Shown here: piece after piece, positions 26,683 through 37,138 of the stretch
How positions within the stretch are numbered: position 1 is the stretch's first letter
Layout: each line of letters begins with the position of its first letter
Assembly (NCBI GenBank): GCA_030615855.1
Contig: JAUWYL010000007.1
Location: 1-50,939 of the forward strand
From: a bacterium
Lineage (GTDB): Bacteria > UBP18 > UBA7526
Length of the DNA: 50,939 bases
Reading direction: 5' to 3'
The notes under the pieces: model-generated
What the model was told of the DNA's origin: nothing
What the model saw: only the letters and a program-made list of their open reading frames with translations
Database searches by the model: none
Program-made: the position numbers and the translations under genes

Positions 26683-29301
26683 TTATTTTGATACAGGGGG
26701 AATGACCGGTTTTTTATTTTTAACTTCTTTATAAGTTATCATAGGTGGATTATCTACCGGGCATATAAAAGAACAGATCATACAGCTTAAACATTTTTCT
26801 TCATCCTGAACCGGTCTTCGTTTTTCACTATCCCATTCAAGAGATTGTCCCCCGGCATCCTGACAGACAATATAACACTGGCCGCATCCGATGCAACGGT
26901 CAAGGTCAAATTCTGCAATTCCCTGACGTGTTAAATCAAAGGCATCCGTGGGGTGAAGATGAGGCAACGCCTTTCCCACAATATCCTTCACTCCCTTATA
27001 CCCCTTTTCCTCCATAAAATCAGAAAGGCCCTCGCACATATCCTCAACAATCCTGTGGCCATAATGGATAACACCGGTTGTCATCTGAACAACTGAGGCC
27101 CCGCATAACAGGTATTCAACCGCGTCAATCCAGGTCTCTATCCCCCCGCATCCTACAAGAGGTAAATTTAATTCAGAAGACTGGGCCATTTCGGCAATAA
27201 ACCTCAAACCAATTGGTTTAACTGCCGGACCTGAATATCCGCTTATTGCGCCCTTCCCAGCAACATTGGGCTTGGGGACATAATCGTCCAGTCCAATCTC
27301 AGTAAGGGCACGAACAGTGTTAATAGCGGTAATACCATCTGCACCACCTTTTTTGGCAAATAATGCCGGTTCAGTCATGTCGGTAATGTTGGGAGTCATT
27401 TTTGCCAGTATCGGTATTTTAACCACATTTCTTACTGCAGCAGTAAACCTTTCTATAAGATCGAATGCCTGCCCTACTTTCATACCTGAACCTTCCACCG
27501 TCATGTGGGGGCAGGAAAAATTCAGCTCAAGCATATCTGACCCAATCCCTTCAGCCATCTTTGCCAGTTCAACCCATTCATACTCTGAAAAGCCCATAAG
27601 ACTTGCTATAACAACATGTTTGGGCCAATGTTTCTTCAGGTATTTAATATCCCGAAGATTATCTTTAAGCGGTCTATCCGTTATCTGTTCAACGTTTTGA
27701 AGACCGACTAATTTTTTGTCTTCATAATTGTACTTTGCCATTCTGGGAGCTGGATGTATTATTTTTATTTTATCAAAGCCAAGGGTTTTATAGGCGACAC
27801 CGCCGAATCCATGGTCAAACGCCCTGCCAATCATCTCCCCGGTATTGGATACCGGTGAAGAAGATAATAAAAATGGTGTGGGAAACCTGATCCCGCACAT
27901 CTCAATACTTAGATCTTTCGTTCTATCCATTTTTATCCTTCTGGTAAGCTGAATATTTTCTTTACCCAAACTCCTGATTATCTTCTTTGCCGCTTCCTTT
28001 CCATCCGCTAAGGCCTCTACGGCAAGTGCCGATCCCCTGACTATATCTCCACCGGCAAAAATCTTTTTATCCGCAGTGGATATGCCATCCCTTTTCGTGG
28101 TTATCAGGTTATTCCTTTTATACTTGATTTTTGAAGATAAATCCCTGATTCCCGCCTCCGGACCGGAACCAATAGCCATAACAACCGTATTGACTTCGAG
28201 ATCGAATTCCGTACCTGATACTGGCCGGGCATTTGATGGGATAAATAAATTTGGTTTGACCCATTCCGTTTCGTTCCCTTTTACTCCCGCAACTCGGCCT
28301 CTCTCCCCAATGATTTCCGTTACCTGGCATTGTGGTTTAATAATAACGAAATTATCTCTTGCCATTTCGAGGTCATCTTTAGCAGCAGGTATCTCTGCTA
28401 AACTTTCCAGACATATACAATATACCTTTTTTGCGCCAAGTCCTTTACAGGTATTGGCAACATCCATTGCTACCGAACCGCCTCCAATAATAGCCACGTT
28501 CTTATTTTTAACCATTCGGGTAATCTTACCTTTGTTTCCATTACGGACGAATTCTAAAAACTCGGTAGCCGTGGTAACGTTTTTTAAATCAGAACCCGGT
28601 ATCTTAATTTTATAAGGGTTCCATAAACCGGTAGCTATAAATACCGCCTTAAATCCTTTCTTAATAAGATTATCAACACCCTTAGCTCCTATTCGAGATT
28701 TACATTTAATTTTAACGCCAAGCTTTTTGACATCTTCTAACTCTCTATCAAGAAATTCACTGTTCAACCTGAACTCAGGAACACCATATCTAAGAACACC
28801 GCCTGGTTTCTCTTTTGATTCAAACACAGTGACATTAAAGCCTGCTTTGGCAAGTTCGGCAGCACAGGATAATCCTGCAGGCCCGGAACCCACAATGGCA
28901 ACTTTCTGTTTTCTCTTGGCACCTTTTCTTAGGGGATTAAAACCTGTCTCCCAGGCGTATTCCACCAGGAATCTCTGCAATTTTCCTATCTCAATGGGTC
29001 GGTCAATTTCAGTTGCACTGCAGGCCTTTTGACACAGTTTTTCATTGGGACAGACAATCCCGCATATACCTCCTAAAATATTATTTTCTTTAATAGTCCT
29101 TACCGCCCCCTTAATATCTCTTAATCGCAATTTTCTGATAAAAGTCCCCGGGTCAGTATCAGCAGGACATTCTTGACTACAGGGAGCATCATAACATAAC
29201 AAACATCTTGAAGCTTCAATAATAGCCTGACTAAGGTCAAAACCCTTCTTCATATCTAAAATGTTTTCTACCCGGTTACTTTTTCTTTTGGCAGATTTCA
29301 T
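26683..29301 (-). CDS. Dihydropyrimidine dehydrogenase, fused PreT (FAD/Fe-S) and PreA (FMN/Fe-S)
   Basis: EASRCLLCYDAPC, GSGPAG, GGGSVAMD, then ELNFSCPH, AINTV and two C-terminal CxxCxxCxxxC clusters. Confidence 0.88.
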   Translation of the reverse strand: MKSAKRKSNRVENILDMKKGFDLSQAIIEASRCLLCYDAPCSQECPADTDPGTFIRKLRLRDIKGAVRTIKENNILGGICGIVCPNEKLCQKACSATEIDRPIEIGKLQRFLVEYAWETGFNPLRKGAKRKQKVAIVGSGPAGLSCAAELAKAGFNVTVFESKEKPGGVLRYGVPEFRLNSEFLDRELEDVKKLGVKIKCKSRIGAKGVDNLIKKGFKAVFIATGLWNPYKIKIPGSDLKNVTTATEFLEFVRNGNKGKITRMVKNKNVAIIGGGSVAMDVANTCKGLGAKKVYCICLESLAEIPAAKDDLEMARDNFVIIKPQCQVTEIIGERGRVAGVKGNETEWVKPNLFIPSNARPVSGTEFDLEVNTVVMAIGSGPEAGIRDLSSKIKYKRNNLITTKRDGISTADKKIFAGGDIVRGSALAVEALADGKEAAKKIIRSLGKENIQLTRRIKMDRTKDLSIEMCGIRFPTPFLLSSSPVSNTGEMIGRAFDHGFGGVAYKTLGFDKIKIIHPAPRMAKYNYEDKKLVGLQNVEQITDRPLKDNLRDIKYLKKHWPKHVVIASLMGFSEYEWVELAKMAEGIGSDMLELNFSCPHMTVEGSGMKVGQAFDLIERFTAAVRNVVKIPILAKMTPNITDMTEPALFAKKGGADGITAINTVRALTEIGLDDYVPKPNVAGKGAISGYSGPAVKPIGLRFIAEMAQSSELNLPLVGCGGIETWIDAVEYLLCGASVVQMTTGVIHYGHRIVEDMCEGLSDFMEEKGYKGVKDIVGKALPHLHPTDAFDLTRQGIAEFDLDRCIGCGQCYIVCQDAGGQSLEWDSEKRRPVQDEEKCLSCMICSFICPVDNPPMITYKEVKNKKPVIPPVSK

Positions 29302-29321
29302 TTTATACCTCCTTTGAATCT

Positions 29322-29390
29322 GGATATCAGGGTATCAGAGTATCAGGGAATCAGGGAATTCCCGATCACCCGATGACCCGATAACCCAAT
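29322..29390. repeat. Octamer hairpin (TATCAGGG / CCCGATA family)
   Basis: atatcagg-gtatcaga-gtatcagg-gaatcagg-gaatt | cccgatca-cccgatga-cccgataa-cccaatca. Confidence 0.85.
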
Positions 29391-30733
29391 CACTCTACTT
29401 CCTGATCTGCGATCTTCAATACCTCATCAAGGACTGCTATTCCTTCGTCTACTTGTTCTTCGGTAATAATCAAGGGAGGGGCAACACAGAGGTGGTCATA
29501 CCAACTAACGATGTATACCCCCTTTTTTAATGCTTCCCCTGCTATCTTGTCCGTCATAATGGGCTTGGTAGTAAACTTATCGGCTTTCACATTAAAGGGT
29601 TCTTTCGTTTTTCTATTCTCTACTAGTTCCAATGCCCAAAAATGGCCGATTCCTCTTACGTCGCCGATGCATTGGTGATGCTCTTTCAATTCAGATAACT
29701 TCTCCTCTAAGTGCCTGCTGACCCTCTTGGGAAGCCCAGTCGCCATGAGTCTCTTGTACTCTGCTACTGCTGCCGGGATGGCGGCTAAGACCAAAGGATG
29801 CATGGCATAGGTATGGCCATGACACATAACTTTATCTTCAAAATGATCCTTAATCTTCTTGGTAGTTACCGTAATTCCCACCGGAGCATAGGCCGCTGAA
29901 CATCCCTTTGCGCTAGTCAATATATCAGGCTTAACATTCCAATTATCTAAAGCCCAGGCCGGGCCTGTTCTATACCAGCCACTCATTACTTCATCGGCAA
30001 TGAGCAATATCCCATTCTCATCGCAGATCTCTCTTAATCGAGGAAGATATTCTTTGGGAGGAACTAATTTACCATTGGTACCCACTACCGGCTCTATAAA
30101 GACCGCTGCTACATTCCCCTCTTCCTTAATCATATAGTCCAGATATTCTACACACTGGATATTACAATCAGGATATTTCAATCCAAAGGGACAGCGATAA
30201 CAGTAGACATCCGGAGCAAAGACGATGCCCGGTACAGTACATCTTGCTCTTTCGGCATAGAATCGTCTGGTATCTCCGGTCAAGGAGGCACCTACCGCGG
30301 TAGCCCCATGATAAGAATGATATCTGGAGATGACCTTAAAGTTAGGGAACATATATTGCCTGGTTATCTTCATTGCCGCTTCATTGGCCTCTGTCCCAGA
30401 TGTAGAATAGAAAATCTGATCTAAACCCTTGGGCAATACAGTGAGTAAGGCCGCGGTTGCTTTTGCCCTTATTTCACAGGCAAAGCCGGGACTTATATAA
30501 GGCATCTTCTCTGCTTGTTTGATGATGGCCTCAATGATTGCCTTATTTTTATGGCCCAGATTGGAACACATTAACTGAGACGAAAAATCAAGGATGGGCC
30601 GATCCTTCTCATCATAGATATAAACCCCTTCTGCATCCTTGATAAATAAGGGTGTCTTCCATCCTTCCTGTCGTCTCCAGGTACCATAGGTATGCTCTGT
30701 TAATGCCTTAACCATCTCCTCTGTTTTGGTCAT
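29390..30733 (-). CDS. Class III PLP aminotransferase, likely beta-alanine / omega-amino-acid transaminase
   Basis: SGTEANE, SYHG, IADEVMSG, TSAKG (PLP Lys), HGHTY; located inside the pyrimidine degradation genes. Confidence 0.8.
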   Translation of the reverse strand: MTKTEEMVKALTEHTYGTWRRQEGWKTPLFIKDAEGVYIYDEKDRPILDFSSQLMCSNLGHKNKAIIEAIIKQAEKMPYISPGFACEIRAKATAALLTVLPKGLDQIFYSTSGTEANEAAMKITRQYMFPNFKVISRYHSYHGATAVGASLTGDTRRFYAERARCTVPGIVFAPDVYCYRCPFGLKYPDCNIQCVEYLDYMIKEEGNVAAVFIEPVVGTNGKLVPPKEYLPRLREICDENGILLIADEVMSGWYRTGPAWALDNWNVKPDILTSAKGCSAAYAPVGITVTTKKIKDHFEDKVMCHGHTYAMHPLVLAAIPAAVAEYKRLMATGLPKRVSRHLEEKLSELKEHHQCIGDVRGIGHFWALELVENRKTKEPFNVKADKFTTKPIMTDKIAGEALKKGVYIVSWYDHLCVAPPLIITEEQVDEGIAVLDEVLKIADQEVE

Positions 30734-30960
30734 CTTGAGTCTCCTCCCTCCTCATAACCTGATTTTGCAAATTTGCCGTTTATCGTCTATCGGTTGCGGT
30801 TAGATTGATGCGTTAAAATATGAAATATGAAATATCAAATATTAAAATGACATATTAAAATCCAAAAATGTTTTAAATTTCACATTTTGCATTGTCATTT
30901 TAATTTTTACACTTTGATTTTTGATATAGCACTATCCTTCAACGTATACCGAAATCCCTG

Positions 30961-32337
30961 TTATATTCTGCCGTAAGCCTTTCTGGGAACAAATTGACCC
31001 CAGCCTTTTTCTCCCACGAACTTGCCATTCTTAGCGATAATCCTTCCTCGGGAGATGGTCATTGCTGGATAGCCAGTTAACTTCCATCCAGTATAGGGGT
31101 TCCAGTCGCAGGTGGACTGTAACCTCTTTGGCGATATAGTCACCCTCTTCTTAGGGTCGAAGACCACCAGATCGGCATCGGAACCGATGGCAATGGTCCC
31201 CTTCCTAGGGTAGAGACCGAAGATCTTGGCACTATTGGTAGAGGTAACTGCTACTAGATTATTGACGCTCCATCCTCGCTTCACACAAGCGGTATACATC
31301 ATGGGCAGAAAGGTCTCCAGTCCCGGCATGCCGAAGGGGATCTTGGCGAAGACCCCTTTCCAGAGGGCCTTCTGCTTGATATTGAAGGTGCAAGTATCGG
31401 TCCCCATATTGAGTATCGTCCCTTCCTCCATCCCCTTCCAGAGGGCCAGGCAATCGGATCTCTTCCTTATGGGTGGGCAGGTGGCATACCAATGGCCATT
31501 CTTCTTCTTGAATAGATCATCGGTTAAGAAGAGGTACTGGGGGCAGGTCTCGGCATAGACGTCTACTCCTCTCTTCTTTCCTTCCCTTACTGCTTCTAAG
31601 CCCTCCTTAGTTGTCATATGGACGATGTAGAGAGAACCATCTGCTGCTTCTGCCAAGGTGATGGCCCTCTGGATCGCTTCTCCTTCAGTGAAGTTCGGCC
31701 TGGTAAGGGCGTGGTTATAGGTAGCGAATTTCTTCTCTTTTAAATATTTTGCCGTCAGGGTTTCGGTGACATAGACATTCTCTGCGTGAACCCCGATCCT
31801 TCCTCCGTATCTCTTGGCCATAACTAAGGCCTCATAGAGGTCGGCATCGTCGCTCATCCATCCCTCTCCCCGATAGATCATGAACATTTTAAAAGAAGGA
31901 ATGCCGCTCTTGATGACTTCTGGTAACTCTCTCTGGGTCCTCTTATTCTTCCAGTCAGTAATTCCCACATGGAGGGAATAATCAATGGCCACCTTAGAAT
32001 CTGCTAATTTCCTCCTGGCCCTGATAGTCTCCTTCATGCTCGTTCCCTTTGCCTGGATGGCGAAGTCAATGATGGTGGTGATCCCACCTGCGGCAGCAGA
32101 GGCCGTTTCCTCAAAGAAGTCGGCACTTACCGTTCCGCAGAAAGGAAGCTCGCAGTGGACATGGGGGTCAATGGTCCCGGGCAGGACATACTTCCCCCGG
32201 GCATCGATGACCTGGGTTCCCCTCTTTGCTCTCAGGTTCTTACCAATAGCTACGATCTTCCCTCCTCTGATACCAACATCCGCCCGATAGGTCTCGGAGG
32301 CTGTTATCACCTTCCCATTCTTAATTACAAGATCCAT
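30961..32337 (-). CDS. hydA: Dihydropyrimidinase (D-hydantoinase)
   Basis: PGTIDPHVH, SFKMFMIY, VHAEN, YIVHM, ETCPQYL, KGTIAIGSDADLVVFDP. Confidence 0.9.
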   Translation of the reverse strand: MDLVIKNGKVITASETYRADVGIRGGKIVAIGKNLRAKRGTQVIDARGKYVLPGTIDPHVHCELPFCGTVSADFFEETASAAAGGITTIIDFAIQAKGTSMKETIRARRKLADSKVAIDYSLHVGITDWKNKRTQRELPEVIKSGIPSFKMFMIYRGEGWMSDDADLYEALVMAKRYGGRIGVHAENVYVTETLTAKYLKEKKFATYNHALTRPNFTEGEAIQRAITLAEAADGSLYIVHMTTKEGLEAVREGKKRGVDVYAETCPQYLFLTDDLFKKKNGHWYATCPPIRKRSDCLALWKGMEEGTILNMGTDTCTFNIKQKALWKGVFAKIPFGMPGLETFLPMMYTACVKRGWSVNNLVAVTSTNSAKIFGLYPRKGTIAIGSDADLVVFDPKKRVTISPKRLQSTCDWNPYTGWKLTGYPAMTISRGRIIAKNGKFVGEKGWGQFVPRKAYGRI

Positions 32338-32434
32338 CTACTTACCTCCTCTTACACACGAATTTTGGAATTCGGATGCCACAAATTATCTGTGATCTGT
32401 GAGAATCTGTCTTAGATCTGTGGAAATCTGTGTT

Positions 32435-33343
32435 CTAGGGAAGGAGCTTTGTCAGGTCTCCATAGGTCTCTGGTCTCCGGTCTCTATAGAACTGCCAGGC
32501 CTGTCTTATCTCCTCGATCTCATCCAGGTCGAGGTCCGCCACTACTATCTCGTCTTTATACTCACCTGCCTGGGCAATAATCTTTCCCTTGGGACTGCAG
32601 AAGTAACTGGAGCCATAGAACCTCCCCGTATTCCAGGGCTTCTCTGTCCCTACCCTATTTATTGCTCCTACAAAGTAGCCATTAGCCACCGCATGGGCCG
32701 GCTGCTCTAACTCCCAGAGATATTTGGATACTCCGGCAGTAGTGGCTGAAGGATTGAACATAATCTGGCATCCATGCAATCCCAGGATCCTGGCTCCATC
32801 CGGGAAGTGCCTATCGTAACAGATGTAGGGAGCAACCTTAGCATAGGCGGTCTGGAAGACAGGATAGTCTGTATTCCCGGGCTTGAAGTAATACTTCTCG
32901 TAGAACCCGGGATGGACGTAGGGAATATGCATCTTTCGGGTAGTCCCCAGTAGTTTTCCATCGGCATCGATGACCGCTGCCGAGTTGTAATAGACCCCGG
33001 CCATGGCCCTTTCATAGATAGGAACCACGATGACCATGGAGTACTTCTTGGCCACTTTTGCGATCTCTCTTGTGGTTGGCCCGGGGATGGGCTCTGCGCT
33101 ATAGTACCATCTCATATGATGCTCGGCACAAAAGTAGGGACCGTTGAAGAGTTCCTGATAGCATAAGACCTGGACTCCTTTTTTGGCCGCCTTTTCCGTC
33201 ATCTTGATATGCTTCTTTAGCATGGCCTCTTTAATCTTATCGACCTCTTTCTTGATCGCCTTCTCGCTCATCTTGGAAGTATCCTTGGTAGGTGGAATGA
33301 CATTCTTCGCCTGAATCAGTCCTCCTCTTACTACTTTTGCCAT
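32435..33343 (-). CDS. Beta-ureidopropionase-like carbon-nitrogen hydrolase (nitrilase family)
   Basis: E-K-C triad in YQELF, RKMHIP and ICYDRHF; FYRDRRPETY. Confidence 0.85.
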   Translation of the reverse strand: MAKVVRGGLIQAKNVIPPTKDTSKMSEKAIKKEVDKIKEAMLKKHIKMTEKAAKKGVQVLCYQELFNGPYFCAEHHMRWYYSAEPIPGPTTREIAKVAKKYSMVIVVPIYERAMAGVYYNSAAVIDADGKLLGTTRKMHIPYVHPGFYEKYYFKPGNTDYPVFQTAYAKVAPYICYDRHFPDGARILGLHGCQIMFNPSATTAGVSKYLWELEQPAHAVANGYFVGAINRVGTEKPWNTGRFYGSSYFCSPKGKIIAQAGEYKDEIVVADLDLDEIEEIRQAWQFYRDRRPETYGDLTKLLP

Positions 33344-33355
33344 AATTACCTCCTT

Positions 33356-35188
33356 TTATACTAAATCTAGTTCTTTTAGTCTCTCCTTGGTAGGAATTCC
33401 CTTCTCGTCCCAGCCGCGGAGTCTATAGTATTCTGGGAGCATCTTGTTGAGATCAGGAACTTTTCCCTTCGCCTTGCCATCTGGCTTGGCGGTCAAGAGG
33501 CGTTTGGGTAGGATATCGTCCTTGCCAGAGATTCCCAGTTTTATGTCATAGAGTCTCTTAAGATTGAATAACCTCTCTCCAACTTTTAAGAGTTCCTCCT
33601 TATTCATCTCAAAACCAGTAACCCTATTCACCCACCTAGCGATCTGGGAGGGCTCTGCCCTTCCCATCAAAAACTTACAGAGCCCCAAGGGATTATAGAC
33701 GCTTAAGAAGTTCTGCAGGTTATAGACGATCTCCGGCTTATCCTCTTCTCTGAACTGATCTGGTGGCTCTATATATCCCAAGTCTTTTATTTTCAATCCT
33801 CTATCGAGGAAATAGGTCAAACCTTCCAAGTGGCAGGCGCCTCTTACTGCCGTAGCATAGGAGAGGGCCATGGAGAAATGTCCCCTTGGATCGTGAGCCG
33901 GATAGTCAAGACCCTTTGTCTGGGAAACGAAATCCTCTGTTCTTTTGCCAATCTTCTCTGCTGCTTTTACTGGTCCATCTGCTAAGTACTCTCCACCAAA
34001 CCCCTCCTTCTTGGCAATCTGATTTATGAGAGCAATCATGGCCTTAGAATCTCCCCACTTTATCTCTAAGCCTCCAATATCATCTTTCGTTATTTTTCCT
34101 TTTTCATAGCACTCCATGGCAAAAGCCAAAGTATTTCCGGTAGAGATGGTATCCAATCCGAATCTATTGCACAATTCATTTACATAGGCCAGGAGTTCCA
34201 GGTCATCATTGAGACAGTTTGCTCCCAGCATTCCCACTGTTTCATACTCTGGATAGTGGCCATAGAATTTTCCATACTTGCCGTCACCTTTGACAATTTT
34301 AGCACAGCCTATGGGACAAGCATAACAATGATAATGTCTTACCCAGATTGTCTCCCTCATCCTCTGCCCAGATATTCCCTTGATCCCTTCCGCCCAGGAG
34401 CCGAGTTGCCAGTTCTTTATCGGCAGGTCGGCGAAGGCCTCCACTGCTACTGCGCCACCGGAGGTACCGAATTCGCTCAATCCCTCTGCCTTCTCTTTTA
34501 TTACTGGAATCTCTTTCTTCAATAGTTCTCTTAAGGCCTCCCGATCCTTAACCTCTGGTCTTTGTTTCCCCCTCACCACGATGGCCTTCAGGTTCTTGGA
34601 ACCCATTACCGCTCCCGGTCCACCCCGGGCAGCATTCCGGGCATTTATTCCATCAAAGACAATACCTGCTATTCTGGATAGGTTCTCTCCTGCCTGACCG
34701 ATTGCAGCCACAAGCGTTCTCTCATCCGTCTCTTTCTTTAATAGTTCACTAGTTATAAAGGTGTCTTTTCCCCAAACATTTCCCGCATCTTTAATCTTAC
34801 AGGCCCCATCATCAATCCAGAGATAGACCGGTTTACTTGATTTCCCTTTAATCATTATTCCATCATATCCCGTGCACTTGAACTGGGCGGGCCAGTGGCC
34901 TCCTACTGTGGACTCATTCCATATTCCAGTTAGAGGACTTTTGCTACAGACGCTTAACTTGCAGGCCGTAGGAACCATAGTCCCGGTTAAGAGGCCGGCC
35001 ATAAAGATCAAGGGATTAGCAGGATCAAAAGGATCAAGACTCAGATCTGCCTCTTCAGATAATATCTTGGCTGCTAAGCCGCTTCCCATGAAGTATTTCT
35101 TAACATCCTCCTCACTTACTTCCTTTTCAGATATCTTCTGAGCGGTGAGATCGACTTCCAGTATCTTTCCCTGATAACCATAGCTCAT
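33356..35188 (-). CDS. aor: Tungsten-type aldehyde:ferredoxin oxidoreductase
   Basis: KSPLTG, AARGGPGAVMGSKNLKAI, CYACPIGC, PEYET, GLDTIS, RGACH, YYRLRGWD. Start moved to ATG 35188. Confidence 0.9.
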   Translation of the reverse strand: MSYGYQGKILEVDLTAQKISEKEVSEEDVKKYFMGSGLAAKILSEEADLSLDPFDPANPLIFMAGLLTGTMVPTACKLSVCSKSPLTGIWNESTVGGHWPAQFKCTGYDGIMIKGKSSKPVYLWIDDGACKIKDAGNVWGKDTFITSELLKKETDERTLVAAIGQAGENLSRIAGIVFDGINARNAARGGPGAVMGSKNLKAIVVRGKQRPEVKDREALRELLKKEIPVIKEKAEGLSEFGTSGGAVAVEAFADLPIKNWQLGSWAEGIKGISGQRMRETIWVRHYHCYACPIGCAKIVKGDGKYGKFYGHYPEYETVGMLGANCLNDDLELLAYVNELCNRFGLDTISTGNTLAFAMECYEKGKITKDDIGGLEIKWGDSKAMIALINQIAKKEGFGGEYLADGPVKAAEKIGKRTEDFVSQTKGLDYPAHDPRGHFSMALSYATAVRGACHLEGLTYFLDRGLKIKDLGYIEPPDQFREEDKPEIVYNLQNFLSVYNPLGLCKFLMGRAEPSQIARWVNRVTGFEMNKEELLKVGERLFNLKRLYDIKLGISGKDDILPKRLLTAKPDGKAKGKVPDLNKMLPEYYRLRGWDEKGIPTKERLKELDLV

Positions 35189-35206
35189 CTTTATCAACCT
35201 CTTTAT

Positions 35207-35390
35207 GCACAGATTAGCACTGATTGCAACACGGATAGACACAGATGACTAAATGCAAAAATTAAAGTGCAAAATGACAAATCAAAATTTAAAATTTTGG
35301 ATTTCAATACGTAGTCTTGATTTTTGATATTTGATTTTTAAATTTAAACTAATCCGTGTGAATCCGCAATCAATCCGTATGAATCCGTGT
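35207..35390. mobile_element. Composite hairpin element (AT-rich heptamer hairpin nested in a CACGGAT hairpin)
   Basis: 35230-35358 is a close reverse complement of 44276-44410. Confidence 0.75.
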
Positions 35391-36578
35391 TTAGATGACT
35401 CTTTCTTTCCTCAACTCCTTAATCTTTTTCGGGCTATACCTGAGATACTTCTTCAGAATCTCCTTTGTATGCTCTCCCAGCAATGGCGGACGGCCAGGAA
35501 TTTCGTCTGAGAATCCAGCCATCTTCAGAGGAGTTCCAGCCATCTTGATCCTTCCCGCTACAGGGTGTTTGATCTCCTGGATCATGTTGCGAAATAGAAT
35601 CTGGGGGTGACGCACCATCCTCTCCATATTATTCACCGGGCCACAGGGAATACCCCGTTCATTGAAGATAGTTAAAAGTTCCTTAACTGTTCTCTTCTTC
35701 GTCCATCTCTCAATCAGGGATTTAAGAATCCTTTCATTCTTCACTCTCTTTTTATTATTCGTAAACCTGGGATCTTTGAGGAAGTTCTTTCTTCCCATTG
35801 CCTGGCAGAAATTATGCCAGAGTTTCTCATTGCCGATGGCGATTACCATATAGCCATCCTTGGCTCTAAACATATCAAAGGGTGTTAGAGAAGGGTGTCG
35901 CGATCCAATGGGCGTGGGTGATTTTCCGGTAGCAAAGTACCTTATGATGGCATTCTCTAAAACAGAGGCTACGGAGTCCACCATGGCAACATCGATCCGG
36001 GAACCCTTCCCTGTCTGTTCTCGATTATAGAGAGCGATCATTATTCCATAAGCGGTGAACATCCCGGCTAAGATATCAGCGATGGAGGTTCCCACCCTGG
36101 TAGGAGGGCCATCGGGAAAGCCGGTGATGGACATTATTCCTCCTACTGCCTGGGCAACGATGTCGTATCCCGCCATGCGGGATATGGGCCCGGTCTGGCC
36201 ATAGCCAGAGGTTGAGGCATAGATTACCCTGGGGTTTATCTTCTTTATATCTTGATAGCCAAAGCCCAGTTTATCCATGGTCCCTGGACGAAAGTTCTCC
36301 AAGATAACATCCACCTTCTCTATTAATCTTCTTACAATTTCCTTTCCTTCCTCATGCTTCAGGTTTAAAGTGATGGATTTCTTCCCCCGATTGAGGCTCA
36401 TATAGTAGCCGCTTTCTCCTTTAATGAAGGGGCCAAAGAAGCGGGCATCGTCACCAGTTCTGGGTCTCTCAACCTTTATCACCTCTGCTCCCATATCACA
36501 GAGCATCATGGCGCAGTAGGGTCCGGCTAACACCCTGGTAAAGTCTAAGACCCTAATCCCTTTTAATGGCTTCTTCAT
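35391..36578 (-). CDS. Family III (CaiB/BaiF/Frc) CoA-transferase
   Basis: LDFTRVLAGP, DMGAEVIKVE, LNRGKKSI, ENFRPG, GYDIVAQA, catalytic Asp in IADILAG. Start moved to 36578. Confidence 0.92.
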   Translation of the reverse strand: MKKPLKGIRVLDFTRVLAGPYCAMMLCDMGAEVIKVERPRTGDDARFFGPFIKGESGYYMSLNRGKKSITLNLKHEEGKEIVRRLIEKVDVILENFRPGTMDKLGFGYQDIKKINPRVIYASTSGYGQTGPISRMAGYDIVAQAVGGIMSITGFPDGPPTRVGTSIADILAGMFTAYGIMIALYNREQTGKGSRIDVAMVDSVASVLENAIIRYFATGKSPTPIGSRHPSLTPFDMFRAKDGYMVIAIGNEKLWHNFCQAMGRKNFLKDPRFTNNKKRVKNERILKSLIERWTKKRTVKELLTIFNERGIPCGPVNNMERMVRHPQILFRNMIQEIKHPVAGRIKMAGTPLKMAGFSDEIPGRPPLLGEHTKEILKKYLRYSPKKIKELRKERVI

Positions 36579-36655
36579 CCTTCCCCCTTTTATATTCGTG
36601 TTGATTCGTGTTTCCATCTCTCCCGTTTTCGCTTTACAGTTCGCGTTGATTCGCG

Positions 36656-37138
36656 TTATTCTATGATTGCCAAGACATCTCCAGTATTGACCATATCTCC
36701 CTTGGCCACCCGGATCTCCTTTATTCTTCCCTCCTTGGGACTAAAGACCTCACTCTCCATTTTCATGGCCTCTAAGATAAGAATGACCTCATCCTTGTTC
36801 ACTCTTTCTCCCTCACTGGCCTCAACGCTTATTATCTGGCCACTCATGGGTGAGATAATGGTTCCCTCTTCTTTTTCTTCTAATCTCTCTATCTTTCGTC
36901 GGACGGCAAGCTTCTCTGCCTCCTCTATCTCTAAACGATAGAGCTCCTGATTGACAGAGATTAGGGTAGGAAGGCCATTCTCCTCCTCCAAAGAGGATAT
37001 CTCATAGGAGCGATTATTGACCAGAAGGGAGTCCTTGTTCAAATCGACATGATATGGTCTGCCGTTCACGACGATCATCCCCGGTTCCTTTACCTCTACC
37101 CGATAGTGATCGTTACCAACAGCGACCCGGAATCTCAT
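36656..37138 (-). CDS. Biotin carboxyl carrier protein (with an N-terminal BT-like domain)
   Basis: EAMKME biotinylation motif; ATG overlaps the biotin carboxylase stop. Confidence 0.88.
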   Translation of the reverse strand: MRFRVAVGNDHYRVEVKEPGMIVVNGRPYHVDLNKDSLLVNNRSYEISSLEEENGLPTLISVNQELYRLEIEEAEKLAVRRKIERLEEKEEGTIISPMSGQIISVEASEGERVNKDEVILILEAMKMESEVFSPKEGRIKEIRVAKGDMVNTGDVLAIIE

